A stretch of DNA of 64,000 nt from Candidatus Bathyarchaeota archaeon (GTDB lineage Archaea; Thermoproteota; Bathyarchaeia; Bathyarchaeales; Bathyarchaeaceae), in assembly GCA_963697165.1 (NCBI GenBank), contig CAVOMX010000018.1, forward strand, positions 65,313-129,312. Reading direction: 5' to 3'. A program made the position numbers and the translations under genes. Each line of letters starts with the position of its first letter. The stretch's first letter is position 1. The notes under the pieces are model-generated. The model did no database searches and had not been told where the DNA came from. It was given only the letters and a program-made list of their open reading frames with translations. Positions 31,860 through 42,343 of this stretch are shown in pieces.

Positions 31860-32582
31860 TCAGGAAAAGTAAATGAAATTTGCTACACTCTCAGACTTCC
31901 TGATTTTCACTGTATCTCCAGCATTCAATTCAGCAAAATCTTCGTTGTTGTCCGCCAATAGCCACGCAGGTCCCCTAGTGACTGTTAACTTCACGACTGA
32001 ATCTTTTGGAACCACAAGACTCTCTACATTCCCGTAATGAATATTGTTAAAAGAGATACCGATGCCTACTTCGAAGCTTTCTCCACCTGTCGCCTTGTAG
32101 TATGCTGTAGAACCGAAGGGCGTAGCAACAATTACACCGTCCCCAATCAACTCATTATACTCTTTTCCGTCAACAGAAAGAGAAAACCTCACAGCATAGA
32201 TTGGCAACTTTGGGTGAACCTGAATCTCGTTTAATCCAACAAGTTTTTCGCCCTTAGCTTCTGTCTCCAACTTCATCTCAGCATGAATCTGATAATCTCC
32301 CGCCTTAATCTTAGACAAAAGCTCACTCAGGTCATCTAGGGCATAATCGTACATTCTGCACGCTCTTGAAGTTTTGATTATAAGCTTAGGAATCTCCGGA
32401 AACTCTCTTTCACCAAAAAGGACAGTGCCATCGCCGCCATAACAGACAACAAAATCTGGGTTCTTCTCAACAAGCTCAAAACCCGCTCTAGCCAGAACCT
32501 TTTTGACCTCCGAAGGGTCACGCCGAAAAACAACAAGAACCTTTTCAAGCTTTTTTGGTGCCCTCGACAAATTGCCAACCAT
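31860..32582 (-). CDS. NAD(+) kinase family protein
   Basis: GGDGT, LNE, 'GDGVIVATPFGSTAY' motifs. Confidence 0.9.
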   Translation of the reverse strand: MVGNLSRAPKKLEKVLVVFRRDPSEVKKVLARAGFELVEKNPDFVVCYGGDGTVLFGEREFPEIPKLIIKTSRACRMYDYALDDLSELLSKIKAGDYQIHAEMKLETEAKGEKLVGLNEIQVHPKLPIYAVRFSLSVDGKEYNELIGDGVIVATPFGSTAYYKATGGESFEVGIGISFNNIHYGNVESLVVPKDSVVKLTVTRGPAWLLADNNEDFAELNAGDTVKIRKSESVANFIYFS

Positions 32583-32665
32583 GATTCATCAGTCCGCCTC
32601 AACGAGTCCACACATATAGACTGAAAAACTGTGTATGCTTCCGTAAAAACGTTTACGGACACTTT

Positions 32666-33175
32666 TTATTCCCTGAGAATTTCTGGAAGTCTCCTTCGCA
32701 AAATTATTGCAATAGGAACTCCTATTAAACCACCTACAAAGATTTGCGCGATATTAAGTGGAATGCCTGCAATTGCTTGTCCTAACCCTAACAAATATAC
32801 TTCAAATAAGAAATAGCCAACAACCATCTCAACTCCAGCTGCAACGACAGCAAAAACATCCCGAAAAACACTTTTCTTGTTGGTAACCAAACCTGCAATT
32901 AAACCTTCTAAACCTTTGATAATCAATGTGGGCAAGGCGTATACTGAATATCCTGGGAGGTCAGCTAGAGCTGAGCCTAATCCTCCTGCAACTCCCCCAA
33001 TAATCGGGCTGAAAGTTAGTGCAGCAACAAAAATCATAACATCGCCAACGTTAAAGTATCCGCCCATACCGTTGGGAATTTGGACAATTAGGGTTCCTAC
33101 TGTTACAAGAGCAGACATAACCGTCATCAAAGAAATCTGAATCACTGCCTTTTGTTTCTTAACCATTCGACCCAC
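32666..33175 (-). CDS. ECF transporter S component
   Basis: 'GYFNVGD', 'GLGSALADL', 'TLIIKGLEG'. Confidence 0.88.
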   Translation of the reverse strand: MGRMVKKQKAVIQISLMTVMSALVTVGTLIVQIPNGMGGYFNVGDVMIFVAALTFSPIIGGVAGGLGSALADLPGYSVYALPTLIIKGLEGLIAGLVTNKKSVFRDVFAVVAAGVEMVVGYFLFEVYLLGLGQAIAGIPLNIAQIFVGGLIGVPIAIILRRRLPEILRE

Positions 33176-33228
33176 TTAGACAGTACAGATACAGTATTAC
33201 TATTAAAAAGTTAATTAAAAATAAAATG

Positions 33229-33351
33229 TTAGAAACTAGCGACGCCCTTTAGCTCTGAATAATCATACCATGTCCAGAGCTTCTTAATTGCCTCCTTGGA
33301 ATATCCACGTTTTTCCAGCAGTGTCTTAAAAGAAGGCTTAACTTTCTTCAT
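33229..33351 (-). CDS. small hypothetical protein (40 aa)
   Basis: GGGGAG SD then MKKVKPSFKTLLEKRGYSKEAIKKLWTWYDYSELKGVASF. Confidence 0.5.
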   Translation of the reverse strand: MKKVKPSFKTLLEKRGYSKEAIKKLWTWYDYSELKGVASF

Positions 33352-33554
33352 TCCGGAAGGCTCCCCAACTACATAAAATACATACCTGAATGTACAAAAG
33401 ACTTGCGAATTCAAAATCCAGTTTTTGTAGATGTGTACGACATATCTACAGATAGATGATAGAATTGTTACCTGCTGTTGCCTACGCCAAAAACAAACAT
33501 TTTTAAAAAAAAACTTGCTCCAAAAAAACGTCGTGAACATGAAGCAGAAACTGA

Positions 33555-34211
33555 TTAGCCCCATTTTTCAAGAAAAGCTTCCGCCGTTGTTCTCAGCTTT
33601 GTCCTCGGACTATCAAGACATGCCCTAACAAAAGACAGCACTCTCTCTTTCTGATCAACCATGTCAAAAAATAAGCCCAAAGTTTTGATGGTCTGCTGAG
33701 CTAGAACTCTTTTGCACTCTTCTGTCAGATGCGGAGTAAGGGAAACGTCTTCAACCTTCAGCAACTCATCCGTAATTCTTGAAATAAGATAGGGTTTAGC
33801 CAAGGCAATCGTGCCAGAATACCCAACAACATTAGCCACCGTAACCATGTAGTCGCTATTTAGAAAAGTGTAATATTTACCAAAAATTGCGTCAAATCTT
33901 TTGTCCGCGTCAATTCGGGTCAGATTCGAAATAATAGCCAAAGCATTCCATGTTAAGATTCGGTACTTGCTATCCAGCAGGTCAACAAAAGAATCAAAGT
34001 GGGGATACAGTTTCTCTGGATGTTCTCCACTTAAATCCATCAGCACCTTCGCGCAGCCATACCTAACAGCGGCTTTCGAAGAGTCGACACCCGTAAGTAG
34101 CAATGGAATCAAACCAAAATCGCTCTTAACCCTATTGAGTAACTCTTCTTTAGTAACTGTCTTGTCCACAAGAGCCTGAGCCAACTCAGAAAAATCATAT
34201 GTTTTAGCCAT
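33555..34211 (-). CDS. HEAT-repeat-like helical protein
   Basis: 'VRYGCAKVL...HPEKLYPHFD...LLDS' pattern; GAGGAAGAGG SD. Confidence 0.65.
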   Translation of the reverse strand: MAKTYDFSELAQALVDKTVTKEELLNRVKSDFGLIPLLLTGVDSSKAAVRYGCAKVLMDLSGEHPEKLYPHFDSFVDLLDSKYRILTWNALAIISNLTRIDADKRFDAIFGKYYTFLNSDYMVTVANVVGYSGTIALAKPYLISRITDELLKVEDVSLTPHLTEECKRVLAQQTIKTLGLFFDMVDQKERVLSFVRACLDSPRTKLRTTAEAFLEKWG

Positions 34212-34285
34212 AACAGCCTCTTCCTCCTCTCTGCGGAAGTTCTCCAACTGAACAAAAAAGGCAGAAATTTGTATATAACAATTCT

Positions 34286-35524
34286 TCATCCAAAAAATGG
34301 ATACTGAACCAGAGCTTCATCTGCCGAGCTTACTATCAGCGTCGAGTTTTCATTACATTCAAGAGAAATGTATCTTCCATATGCAGACCAGTAGCTGCAA
34401 TTATGCTTCTCGGCAGACGCTTTATACATCATATCTTGAAAAGCTAAATCAAATTCGTGAGCGTCATCCACAGTGTCCCACACAATGTTCCATGTGAAGA
34501 AAAACTCATTATCGCTTTCATAGTAGCTAAAAACGTCCCCACCCCAGCCTTTTGCCGCATCCTCAGCATCAGCCTCAGAAATCCAGTTATCCAACATGAC
34601 AAAAACAAAATATTCCCCAAAACTGTCCGTCTCTGTCAGACTCCAATTTCCAGTTACTGAAGGTGCCTCAACAGTTTTCGCGATCTCTTGAGCAAAATAT
34701 TTTTCTGGATGCATTATCTGCTCAGTCGTGTTAGGTGGACTAGTGTATGCATTTTCAACAGCATCCCAGCCACCACTAGCATACAAGGCTTTAACGAATT
34801 CTACGCCAGAGCGGTATGGAAACCAGTTAAGTTTATTAATAGTATCTGGAAGGCTTGGCTGAATCTCATCCCCGAACAGAAGCACTAATGGCACAGAAAA
34901 ACTCGTTTCACCATCTGTAGTTACCGCCAAAGAAACTGGTATAACTCCGTCGTTTTTGAAGATGTCCGCCATGAAAGTGGAATCTCCCTCCTTCAGGGAA
35001 GTTAGGGCTTTAGCTCCATCAAATGTTGTCCGTGTGGGAAGAGAATAAGTTTCTTGCATAAAATGAGTTAACTCGTGAACAAAAGTTGATTTAGAATTAA
35101 ACTTGTCTGTAACATCAAAGTTCTCTTCAACAACATAGAGATTGCCGTTCCACTTTGCAGCTCGAAAACTTCCAGTCCAATCAAGCCGAGCCTCATACAG
35201 ACTATCACCCTGAGAGATCAGAAATAATGCCTTGTAGATATTCTCTTCTCTAAAAATCGTCTCACGTTCAGAGTCAGACGGTGTGCCCCAGTTTTCAGCA
35301 ACCCATGATTGATTAACCACCTCAAGATTTACTTCTCTAACAGCAACACCCCTAATTTTCTCAAATTCTTGTCTCGCCTCACTCAGCAGTTGCTCAGCTA
35401 ATGTCTTGTATTCTTCACCTTGAGGACGCCCGATACTCAAAAGCTCCCTTACGCCAAATACGCTTACGAGCAGAACCACAATGAGGCACACAACAAAAAC
35501 CGATTTCTTCTTCTCCAGATTCAC
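34286..35524 (-). CDS. Hvo_1808-like membrane-anchored surface protein with HExxH motif
   Basis: N-terminal TM; 'FVHELTH', 'LKEGD', 'FPYRSG..FV', 'PPNTTEQIMHPEKY', 'AAKGWGGD'. Confidence 0.75.
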   Translation of the reverse strand: MNLEKKKSVFVVCLIVVLLVSVFGVRELLSIGRPQGEEYKTLAEQLLSEARQEFEKIRGVAVREVNLEVVNQSWVAENWGTPSDSERETIFREENIYKALFLISQGDSLYEARLDWTGSFRAAKWNGNLYVVEENFDVTDKFNSKSTFVHELTHFMQETYSLPTRTTFDGAKALTSLKEGDSTFMADIFKNDGVIPVSLAVTTDGETSFSVPLVLLFGDEIQPSLPDTINKLNWFPYRSGVEFVKALYASGGWDAVENAYTSPPNTTEQIMHPEKYFAQEIAKTVEAPSVTGNWSLTETDSFGEYFVFVMLDNWISEADAEDAAKGWGGDVFSYYESDNEFFFTWNIVWDTVDDAHEFDLAFQDMMYKASAEKHNCSYWSAYGRYISLECNENSTLIVSSADEALVQYPFFG

Positions 35525-35857
35525 CGCCTCTCCTAACTACTAAATAAAGTGAATGGCTCTATCTAAACTTTAAACTTTATAAATCATCCACAAGGTCGAT
35601 TTAAGGCGCAGCAACGAAAAAGGGAATAGAAACGCATCCAGAATATATGTTGTGGAACTGTGGATAGAAATTGAACATATAGAAGTCCCCCAATTGTTGG
35701 TACCAAAAAAAGTAATATATTAATAAGATACCAAAGTACACTCTTTAATGGTAGCATCTTCTCAATGAACCTCGACAAGACTCTACGTTTTTGTCATTCA
35801 TTTTGAATAGTCTATCAGTTAAACATTGCAAAAAGGAGGGAAAGTAGAGATTTGTCT

Positions 35858-36058
35858 ATGTCTGGAATTCAATTTAAAATGCAAAACAGACTTATTCGTA
35901 AATTTGAGAAAGCAGGAGCAACTTCTATAGAAAAAGCGGTAACATTTGAAGAAGCTAATCTAGATGATCAAGAACAGTATTGGCTAGACTATTTTGCAGG
36001 AGTTTTTCTTGGCGAAATAAAGAAGACCGAAAACAGCAGGTACTACGTAATAAACTAA
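35858..36058 (+). CDS. small hypothetical protein
   Basis: GGAGG SD; 'FEKAGATSIEKA' short ORF. Confidence 0.5.
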   Translation: MSGIQFKMQNRLIRKFEKAGATSIEKAVTFEEANLDDQEQYWLDYFAGVFLGEIKKTENSRYYVIN

Positions 36059-36061
36059 GAG

Positions 36062-36269
36062 AGAGTTACAGATTAACTCTTTTCTTCCAATTGAAACATG
36101 TTTGTTAGCAACAAACTCACCAACAGCTTCAGGGCATTAAGATTACAGTTCTTTTCTATGTTCTTGAGAATCTTGGAGTAGCTTTCTTTGATGGTAGTTT
36201 CGCTGTAGTCTAGTTTTTTGAGTTACCATAAAAAGTTTACAACACCAGTTGTGTATGTGGATTCGATTA
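36062..36269 (-). pseudogene. relic of tyrosine integrase N-terminal domain abutting tRNA-Cys
   Basis: frame read through the tRNA 3' arm: KGSIPFPTSIIESTYTTGVVNFLW*LKKLDYSETTIKESYSKILKNIEKNCNLN/PEAVGEFVANKHVSIGRKE; one stop and one frameshift, no catalytic domain. Confidence 0.55.
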
Positions 36270-36345
36270 TGGAGGTGGGGAAGGGAATTGAACCCTTATA
36301 GAGCAGCTCTGCAGGCTGCCGCCTGAACCATTCAGCCACCCCACC
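36270..36345 (-). tRNA. tRNA-Cys(GCA), intronless, CCA encoded
   Basis: GGTGGGG/CCCCACC acceptor, GCAGC-CTGCAGA-GCTGC anticodon arm, AAGGG-TTCAATT-CCCTT T arm, discriminator T, CCA. Confidence 0.95.
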
Positions 36346-36452
36346 AGACTAAACTTCAATGGTTAAAAAAACTAATAACCTTATCGATGTTCAAATTGCC
36401 TGAGGCGCTACTACGCGTTACCTGATTCTTGGCGAGATCAGGCTCTGTCTGT

Positions 36453-36599
36453 TTACGTTTTGAGGTACTTTTCAGGGTTTTCTTCAAAGGCTATCTTGCA
36501 TCCGGGAGCACAGAAGTAGTAGGTTTTTCCCTTGTACACTGTCTTATGTTTCGCCGTTTTCTCGTCCACATTCATCTTACAAACTGGATCAATTGCCAT
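36453..36599 (-). CDS. YHS/TRASH-domain metal chaperone (48 aa)
   Basis: MAIDPVCKMNVD...YKGKTYYFCAPGCKIAFEENPEKY, directly downstream of copA. Confidence 0.9.
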   Translation of the reverse strand: MAIDPVCKMNVDEKTAKHKTVYKGKTYYFCAPGCKIAFEENPEKYLKT

Positions 36600-36627
36600 T
36601 CATTTTTCACCTCCAGTTCAACTTCAT

Positions 36628-39117
36628 TTAGTTTGGGCTATCAAGTTTTGGTTTAAACCTCTTCAGGAGCGAGGCGTTAGTAACCACAGACACGGAACTG
36701 AAAGCCATTGCCGCAGCTCGCAAATACGGGATCAAGCAAAACACCCATGAATGGGTATAGGATATTCCAGCGGCTACTGGAATCAGGGCGGTGTTGTAGG
36801 CGAATGCCCAGAACAGTCCCTGCTTAATCTTATTCATTGTGGCTCTGCTAAGCTGTATGCTGATTACTACATCTCTTAGATCATTTTTGACCAGCACAAT
36901 GTCTCCTGTTTCTATGGCTACATCGGTTCCACTTCCAACAGCTATTCCAATGTTTGCCTGAGCCAAAGCAGGAGCATCATTAATTCCATCTCCCACCATG
37001 GCCACTATCTTGCCTTCATCTCTGTAACCTTTTAATCTCTGATGCCTTGTCTCCCGGAAGCACCTCTGCTAATACTCTATCAACTCCCACTTGTTTTGCA
37101 ATAGCCTTCGCTGTTCGTTCATTGTCTCCTGTAAGCATTATCACTTCAAGACCCATCCTCTGAAGAGTCCTAACCGCATCCACAGAATACTCCATCAAAG
37201 TATCAGCAACAGCAATCAAACCAGCAGCCTCACCATCAACTGCCACAAGCATAGCAGTTTTTCCATCCTCCTCCAGCGCTCTCATCTTCTCCTCAAGCTG
37301 CCCAATATCTACACTATTCTTGTTCCATCAACTTCCGGTTACCAAGCAAAACCGTCTTTGTTATCATACTTCACTTCCACACCATATCCAGGTATAGCAT
37401 TAAAGAACTCGGGGTCAACAACCTCCAGGTGCCTTTCCATTGCCATCCTCACTATAGCTTCTCCGAGAGGATGCTCCGAGTTCTTCTCTGCAATCGCAGC
37501 AAGCGTTAACAGTTCCTCTTCGCCAAGTTTTTTGACCTTTTTGCAGTTGATGAAGCTTACCAGTTAAGGAAGCAACAGGGATGATGTCCGTGACTTCAGG
37601 CTCTCCTTTAGTCAGGGTTCCAGTCTTGTCAAATACTATTGCCTGAAGTTTGTGAGCTGTTTCCAGTGCTTCCCCGCTCTTGATTAAGATTCCATTTTCT
37701 GCTCCTTTTCCGACGCCCACCATTATGGCTGTTGGAGTGGCTAATCCCATGGCACATGGACAGGCAATAATCAAAACTGCAATAAAGACAGTTAGAGCAA
37801 ATGTGAAGTCCATTAACCCAGAAGATACCATACAACAAACGCGGCTGTTGCGGTTATCATGACTGCTGGAACAAAGTAGCTACTCACAACATCCACTATC
37901 CTTTGGATGGGTGCTTTGGACCCTAATGCGTTCTCAACCATCTGTATAATCTGGGCTAATACAGTATCAGCGCCGACCTTTGTTGCCTTGAACTTCAGCA
38001 TCCCAGTTTTGTTTATGGTTGCTCCAACAACCGGGTCGCCTACCTTCTTTTCGACGGGAATGCTTTCTCCGGTTATCACTTTTTCGTCAACTCCAGAGTA
38101 GCCGTCGGTCACAACGCCATCAACAGGTATCTTTTCTCCGGGTCTAACAATCACAATGTCGCCGACCTGAACGTCTTCTACAGGTATCTCAATTTCGTTG
38201 CCGTCTCGCACTATCCGCGCTGTTTTGGCTCGAAGCCCCATGAGTTTCCGTATCGCCGCGGACGTTCTGCCCTTGGCTGTAGCCTCCAAGCAGTCTGCCT
38301 AATATGAGAAATGTCATGAGCATCACCGCAGTAGAGTAATACAGTTTTCCTACACCCAAAGAATGTGACGTAGACGCTGTAGAAGTAGGCAGCTGAGGTA
38401 CCCATTGTAACTAGCACATCCATGTTTGGGTTTTTGTTTCTTAGCGCCTTGTATGCGCCCACAAAGAAGGTGTGCCCAACAATGAAGTGAACGGGTGTGG
38501 CTAAAACGAACAATAGTAACGGAATAAAATTGGCTATGGGCAGGGTTGGAAGGGCAAATGGTAGAAAGCGCCAGTTACTGTAAATTATTACGGGTATTGT
38601 AACTGCGACAGAAAAAATTAGCTTGTATTTTTAGTGAGCGAGTTTCTCTGTCTCTTTCTTTTTGTTCTGCGTCCTCTACGCCCCCTTCAGGTTCAAGGAC
38701 GTCGTATCCTACTTCGCGTATGACTTTCTTGATTCCCTCTAAACTAATCTGCTCTGTGTTATACTCGACGTTCACTGTTTCTAGTGCAAAGTTGGCGACT
38801 GCCTTGTATACGCCCTCCTTTCGGTTCAATGCCTTCTCTATTGTCTGGGCGCAGACAGCACAGTGCATTCCACTGATCTTTAGAGTAATGTTCTGATGGA
38901 TTACGCTGTAGCCTACTTCGACAATGGCATCCTCGATTGCCTTCTGATTAACCAAGTTAGGGTCATAATCTATGATTGCCTTCTCTGCCGCAAAATTGAT
39001 TGTAGCATAGATTATCCCATTCAATTTGGGTAACCGCTTCTCTATTGTCTGAGCACAAGTAACACAACTCATTCCCCCAATGTCCAGAACAATCCGTTTT
39101 TTCTCTTCTTTAACCAT
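36628..39117 (-). CDS. copA: Cu(+)-exporting P1B-type ATPase (several frameshifts)
   Basis: two HMA CxxC domains, [26 protein letters not shown] and MAFSS motifs. Confidence 0.93.
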
Positions 39118-39406
39118 ATTTTTTGCCCACCTCTCCCTTACGACCATGCACTCTAGTAGAAGCATCAAAGTTTCTTGTTTTATTTTTCAGTTGAACAATA
39201 ACCAGTTACATGAATTTGCTTGACACATTATTCGATATTATTGGATGTTTTAGAAATTATTTAACGATTTCTTTTTTTGCCAAATCTCCAAACTATAGCC
39301 TAGGTTCTACATTCGGTTCAGTGAACATTGAAACCATAATGTTTTAATGACGCCCATCAACTGAAAATCTAAAGACAAAATTACGTTTTTGGAGGTGACT
39401 GTCGCA

Positions 39407-39791
39407 ATGGAAGATAAAGAGCTAGAAAAAATAAAAGAAGAAAAAATAAAGAAAATGTTGGATCAGGCTAATGTAGGCGTAGTTAAATTGAATTCTTCAT
39501 CTTTTGACAGCTTCCTAAACACTGGCCTACCCGTTGTGGTTGACTTCTGGGCTGACTGGTGCATGCCCTGCAGAATGATGGCTCCGGTAATGGAGGAGCT
39601 TGCGCAAGCATACGCAGGAAAGGCATTGTTCGGAAAAGTCAATGTTGACGAAAATTCTCAGATTGCCAGCCGCTATGGAATCATGAGCATACCCCACTTC
39701 CTAATATTCAAAAAGGGCACTCTCAGCCGAGAAGATAGTTGGCGCAGTGGGTCGCGATCCTCTAGAAAATGCTCTAAAGAAGTATCTCTAA
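39407..39791 (+). CDS. trxA: thioredoxin (frameshift near C-terminus)
   Basis: '[10 protein letters not shown]', 'GIMSIP'; shifted tail [20 protein letters not shown]. Confidence 0.9.
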
Positions 39792-39852
39792 ACGACAACG
39801 GCATAATCACCAACTGAAGTAACAAACAATAGAGAATATGGACTGAACATTC

Positions 39853-40987
39853 TTGCCATCAAGTGAACCCAAAGACAACTCAAAGAAGAAAGTCGGCTTC
39901 ATCGTTAACCCCATCGCGGGTATGGGCGGAGCGGTTGGACTAAAAGGCACTGACGGAAAAGAAATCCTAGAAAAAGCGGTTACTCTTGGCGCAAAACCTG
40001 TAGCGCCAGCCCGTGCAGAAACCTTTCTCTCCGCGTTAACACCAATTAAAGAGGACATACAGCTTATGGTCGGAGCAGGATGGATGGGAGAAAACGAGGC
40101 AAAAAACCACACATTTCTGCTACAAAGTTTTTGGCGAACAAAAAAAAGATACACAACCAGAAGACACTGTAGCTCTCGCAAAAAGAATCGCAACTGAAGG
40201 CGTTGAGCTTCTCATCTTCTGTGGTGGAGACGGAACAGCCCGAGACGTACTGGATGGAGTTGATGCCAAGCTTCCTGTTTTGGGTGTTCCAACTGGAGTT
40301 AAGATGCATAGCGCAGTTTTTGCTGTTGACCCCAAAGCCGCGGCGAGGATTGCCGCAAGTTTTCTGAGGAAACAGCTGCCATTGTGGGAAGCTGAAGTGA
40401 TGGACATTGATGAAGAGGCTTTCAGGCAGGGCAGGGTTTCTGCGAGGCTACATGGTTACTTGCTTAGTCCCTATGAGCCACGTTTGATTCAGGGAGCCAA
40501 GATGGCATCTCCCATGACGGAGAACGAGCTTCGAAACCAAGCGGCAATAGCCATCTACGTTATAGACTCTATGAAACCGGATGTGGTTTATGTTGTTTCT
40601 GCGGGAACAACAACCCGCACTATAGGAGACCTCTTGGATGAGAAAAAGACGCTTCTGGGAGTTGATCTCTTCTACAACAGGAAACTTGTAGCCAAGGACG
40701 TGAATGAAAAACAGATTCTTGAGGCGATTGAAGGAAAAGATGCTAAGATTGTTGTTACTCCGATTGGTGGTCAGGGCTTCATTTTTGGTAGAGGAAACCA
40801 GCAGATAAGTCCGGAGGTAATCAGGAAAGTAGGCAAAGACAACATAGTTGTTGTTGCGACCGAGAATAAGATGAAGAACCTGAAAAGCTTGAAGGTTGAC
40901 ACTGGCGACACAGAACTTGACACTGCCTTTCACGGAACGATCAAGGTTTTGACCGACTACAAAGTAGAGCAGACAGTTACCAATTGA
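39853..40987 (+). CDS. ATP-NAD kinase family protein (COG3199-like), frameshifted
   Basis: 'NPIAGMGGAVGLKGTDG', GGDGTARD, 'GVKMHS', 'GGQGFIFGRGNQQ'. Confidence 0.88.
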
Positions 40988-41042
40988 ATAAGTATAAATT
41001 CTGTGAAGCAACCTGTTTTTGTAAGAGTTGGAAGTGACCAAG

Positions 41043-41846
41043 ATGAAGAGACTTGTTACAATGGGTAGAGGAGGCAGCGGAAAAACAACATTTGTTGCCC
41101 TCATGACCAAATACTTCATTGAAAAAGGCGAGACACCAATACTTCTTATCGATGCTGACCCAGACCAGAACCTTTCAGAGATGCTTGGAATCGACCTCAA
41201 AGAAGAAGGAAAAAGGACTGTCTCCGAACTGCTTGTTGAAACCTTCTTAGAAGGAGGCGGCACCACAGTTGGGGTTCCCCCATCAAAGAGAATTGAAAGC
41301 AAAATCTGGGAACTTGGACTCTACGAGGGCAAATCCTTCGACTTCATGGCTATCGGAACAAAATTCATTGAAGGCTGTTACTGTCTTCCAAACAATGCCC
41401 TAAAGAACGCCTTAGACGGATTAACAAAATCCTACAATTACGTGATTATTGATTCTCCAGGTGGACTAGAACACCTAAACAGGAGAATCTCATCTAAGAT
41501 CGACGACATATTCGACATCATTGACCCATCCCAGAAATCATTCCATCACGTAGAAAGAGCATATAAAGTCGCCAATGAAGTAAAAATAGAATTCAACAAC
41601 TTCTACGTGGTCGGAGGCAACAGGGTACCAGAAGAACTGGAAGCAGAAGTTGCGAAAAGAACAAAACTGGACTACTTGGGTAAAATCAGCTACGACAAGG
41701 AAGTTGAAAACTTTGTTCTTTATGGGAAGCCACTGCTTGACCTGCCAGAAACATCAGTCGCCTACAATTCAGTGAAGAAGATACTTCAAAAAGCAGGATA
41801 CTACAATTTCACATATCTTTGTCATGCGGTGCAGTTTGCTCAATAA
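41043..41846 (+). CDS. CooC-like MinD/SIMIBI ATPase
   Basis: GRGGSGKT, 'IDADP', 'GCYC', 'GLEHLNR'. Confidence 0.85.
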   Translation: MKRLVTMGRGGSGKTTFVALMTKYFIEKGETPILLIDADPDQNLSEMLGIDLKEEGKRTVSELLVETFLEGGGTTVGVPPSKRIESKIWELGLYEGKSFDFMAIGTKFIEGCYCLPNNALKNALDGLTKSYNYVIIDSPGGLEHLNRRISSKIDDIFDIIDPSQKSFHHVERAYKVANEVKIEFNNFYVVGGNRVPEELEAEVAKRTKLDYLGKISYDKEVENFVLYGKPLLDLPETSVAYNSVKKILQKAGYYNFTYLCHAVQFAQ

Positions 41847-42340
41847 ACTCTTTTTGCACATTAACAACCTCAGCGCTGTCCTTGGCTTGAGCGTATCCTT
41901 CCAGAAGCTCATGGTTCAAAATAATGAACTGGGGTCCCCACTTAAACTTGGATAACAGTTCTGTTGCCTGTTCACCAAAACCAGCAATGTAGAGCGACGC
42001 AGCCAAAGCCTCCACTGTGCTAAGTTTAGTTGGTTTTCCATAGTTTACGGGATTCGCCGCCACCAAGTAGGGAAGGCAACGTGCGGTCCAGTTTCCTGAA
42101 ACTTCAAAAACTTCTTTTGCGTGTACCCAACTGCAGTCTAGGGCGGCTAAGCCTCTTTTTTCTAGTCGTTCCTTGTCTTCGGGAGAGAAAGCTTTTTGCG
42201 TGAAAGGGTCTAGTATTACTGCGCCTCTTGGTATCTCTCTGGTTCTGTGAACAACGCGAACTAGGTTGTGGCGTTTAAGCTTTAATGTGCTACATTTTTT
42301 GGGGTCACACTGGTTAGCATGATAAACAATAACTGAAACT
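41809..42340 (-). CDS. tsr3: rRNA aminocarboxypropyltransferase Tsr3 (frameshifted; start approximate)
   Basis: 'QCDPKKCS', 'LDCSW', 'LVAANPVNYGKPTKLSTVEALAA', 'FKWG'. Confidence 0.9.
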
Positions 42341-42343
42341 GAC

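Noticed and set aside
40448..41302. Long antisense ORF (284 aa) and other shadow ORFs such as the GE-repeat ORF 21042-21362
   Set aside because: They overlap well-supported genes on the opposite strand and have no recognisable motifs
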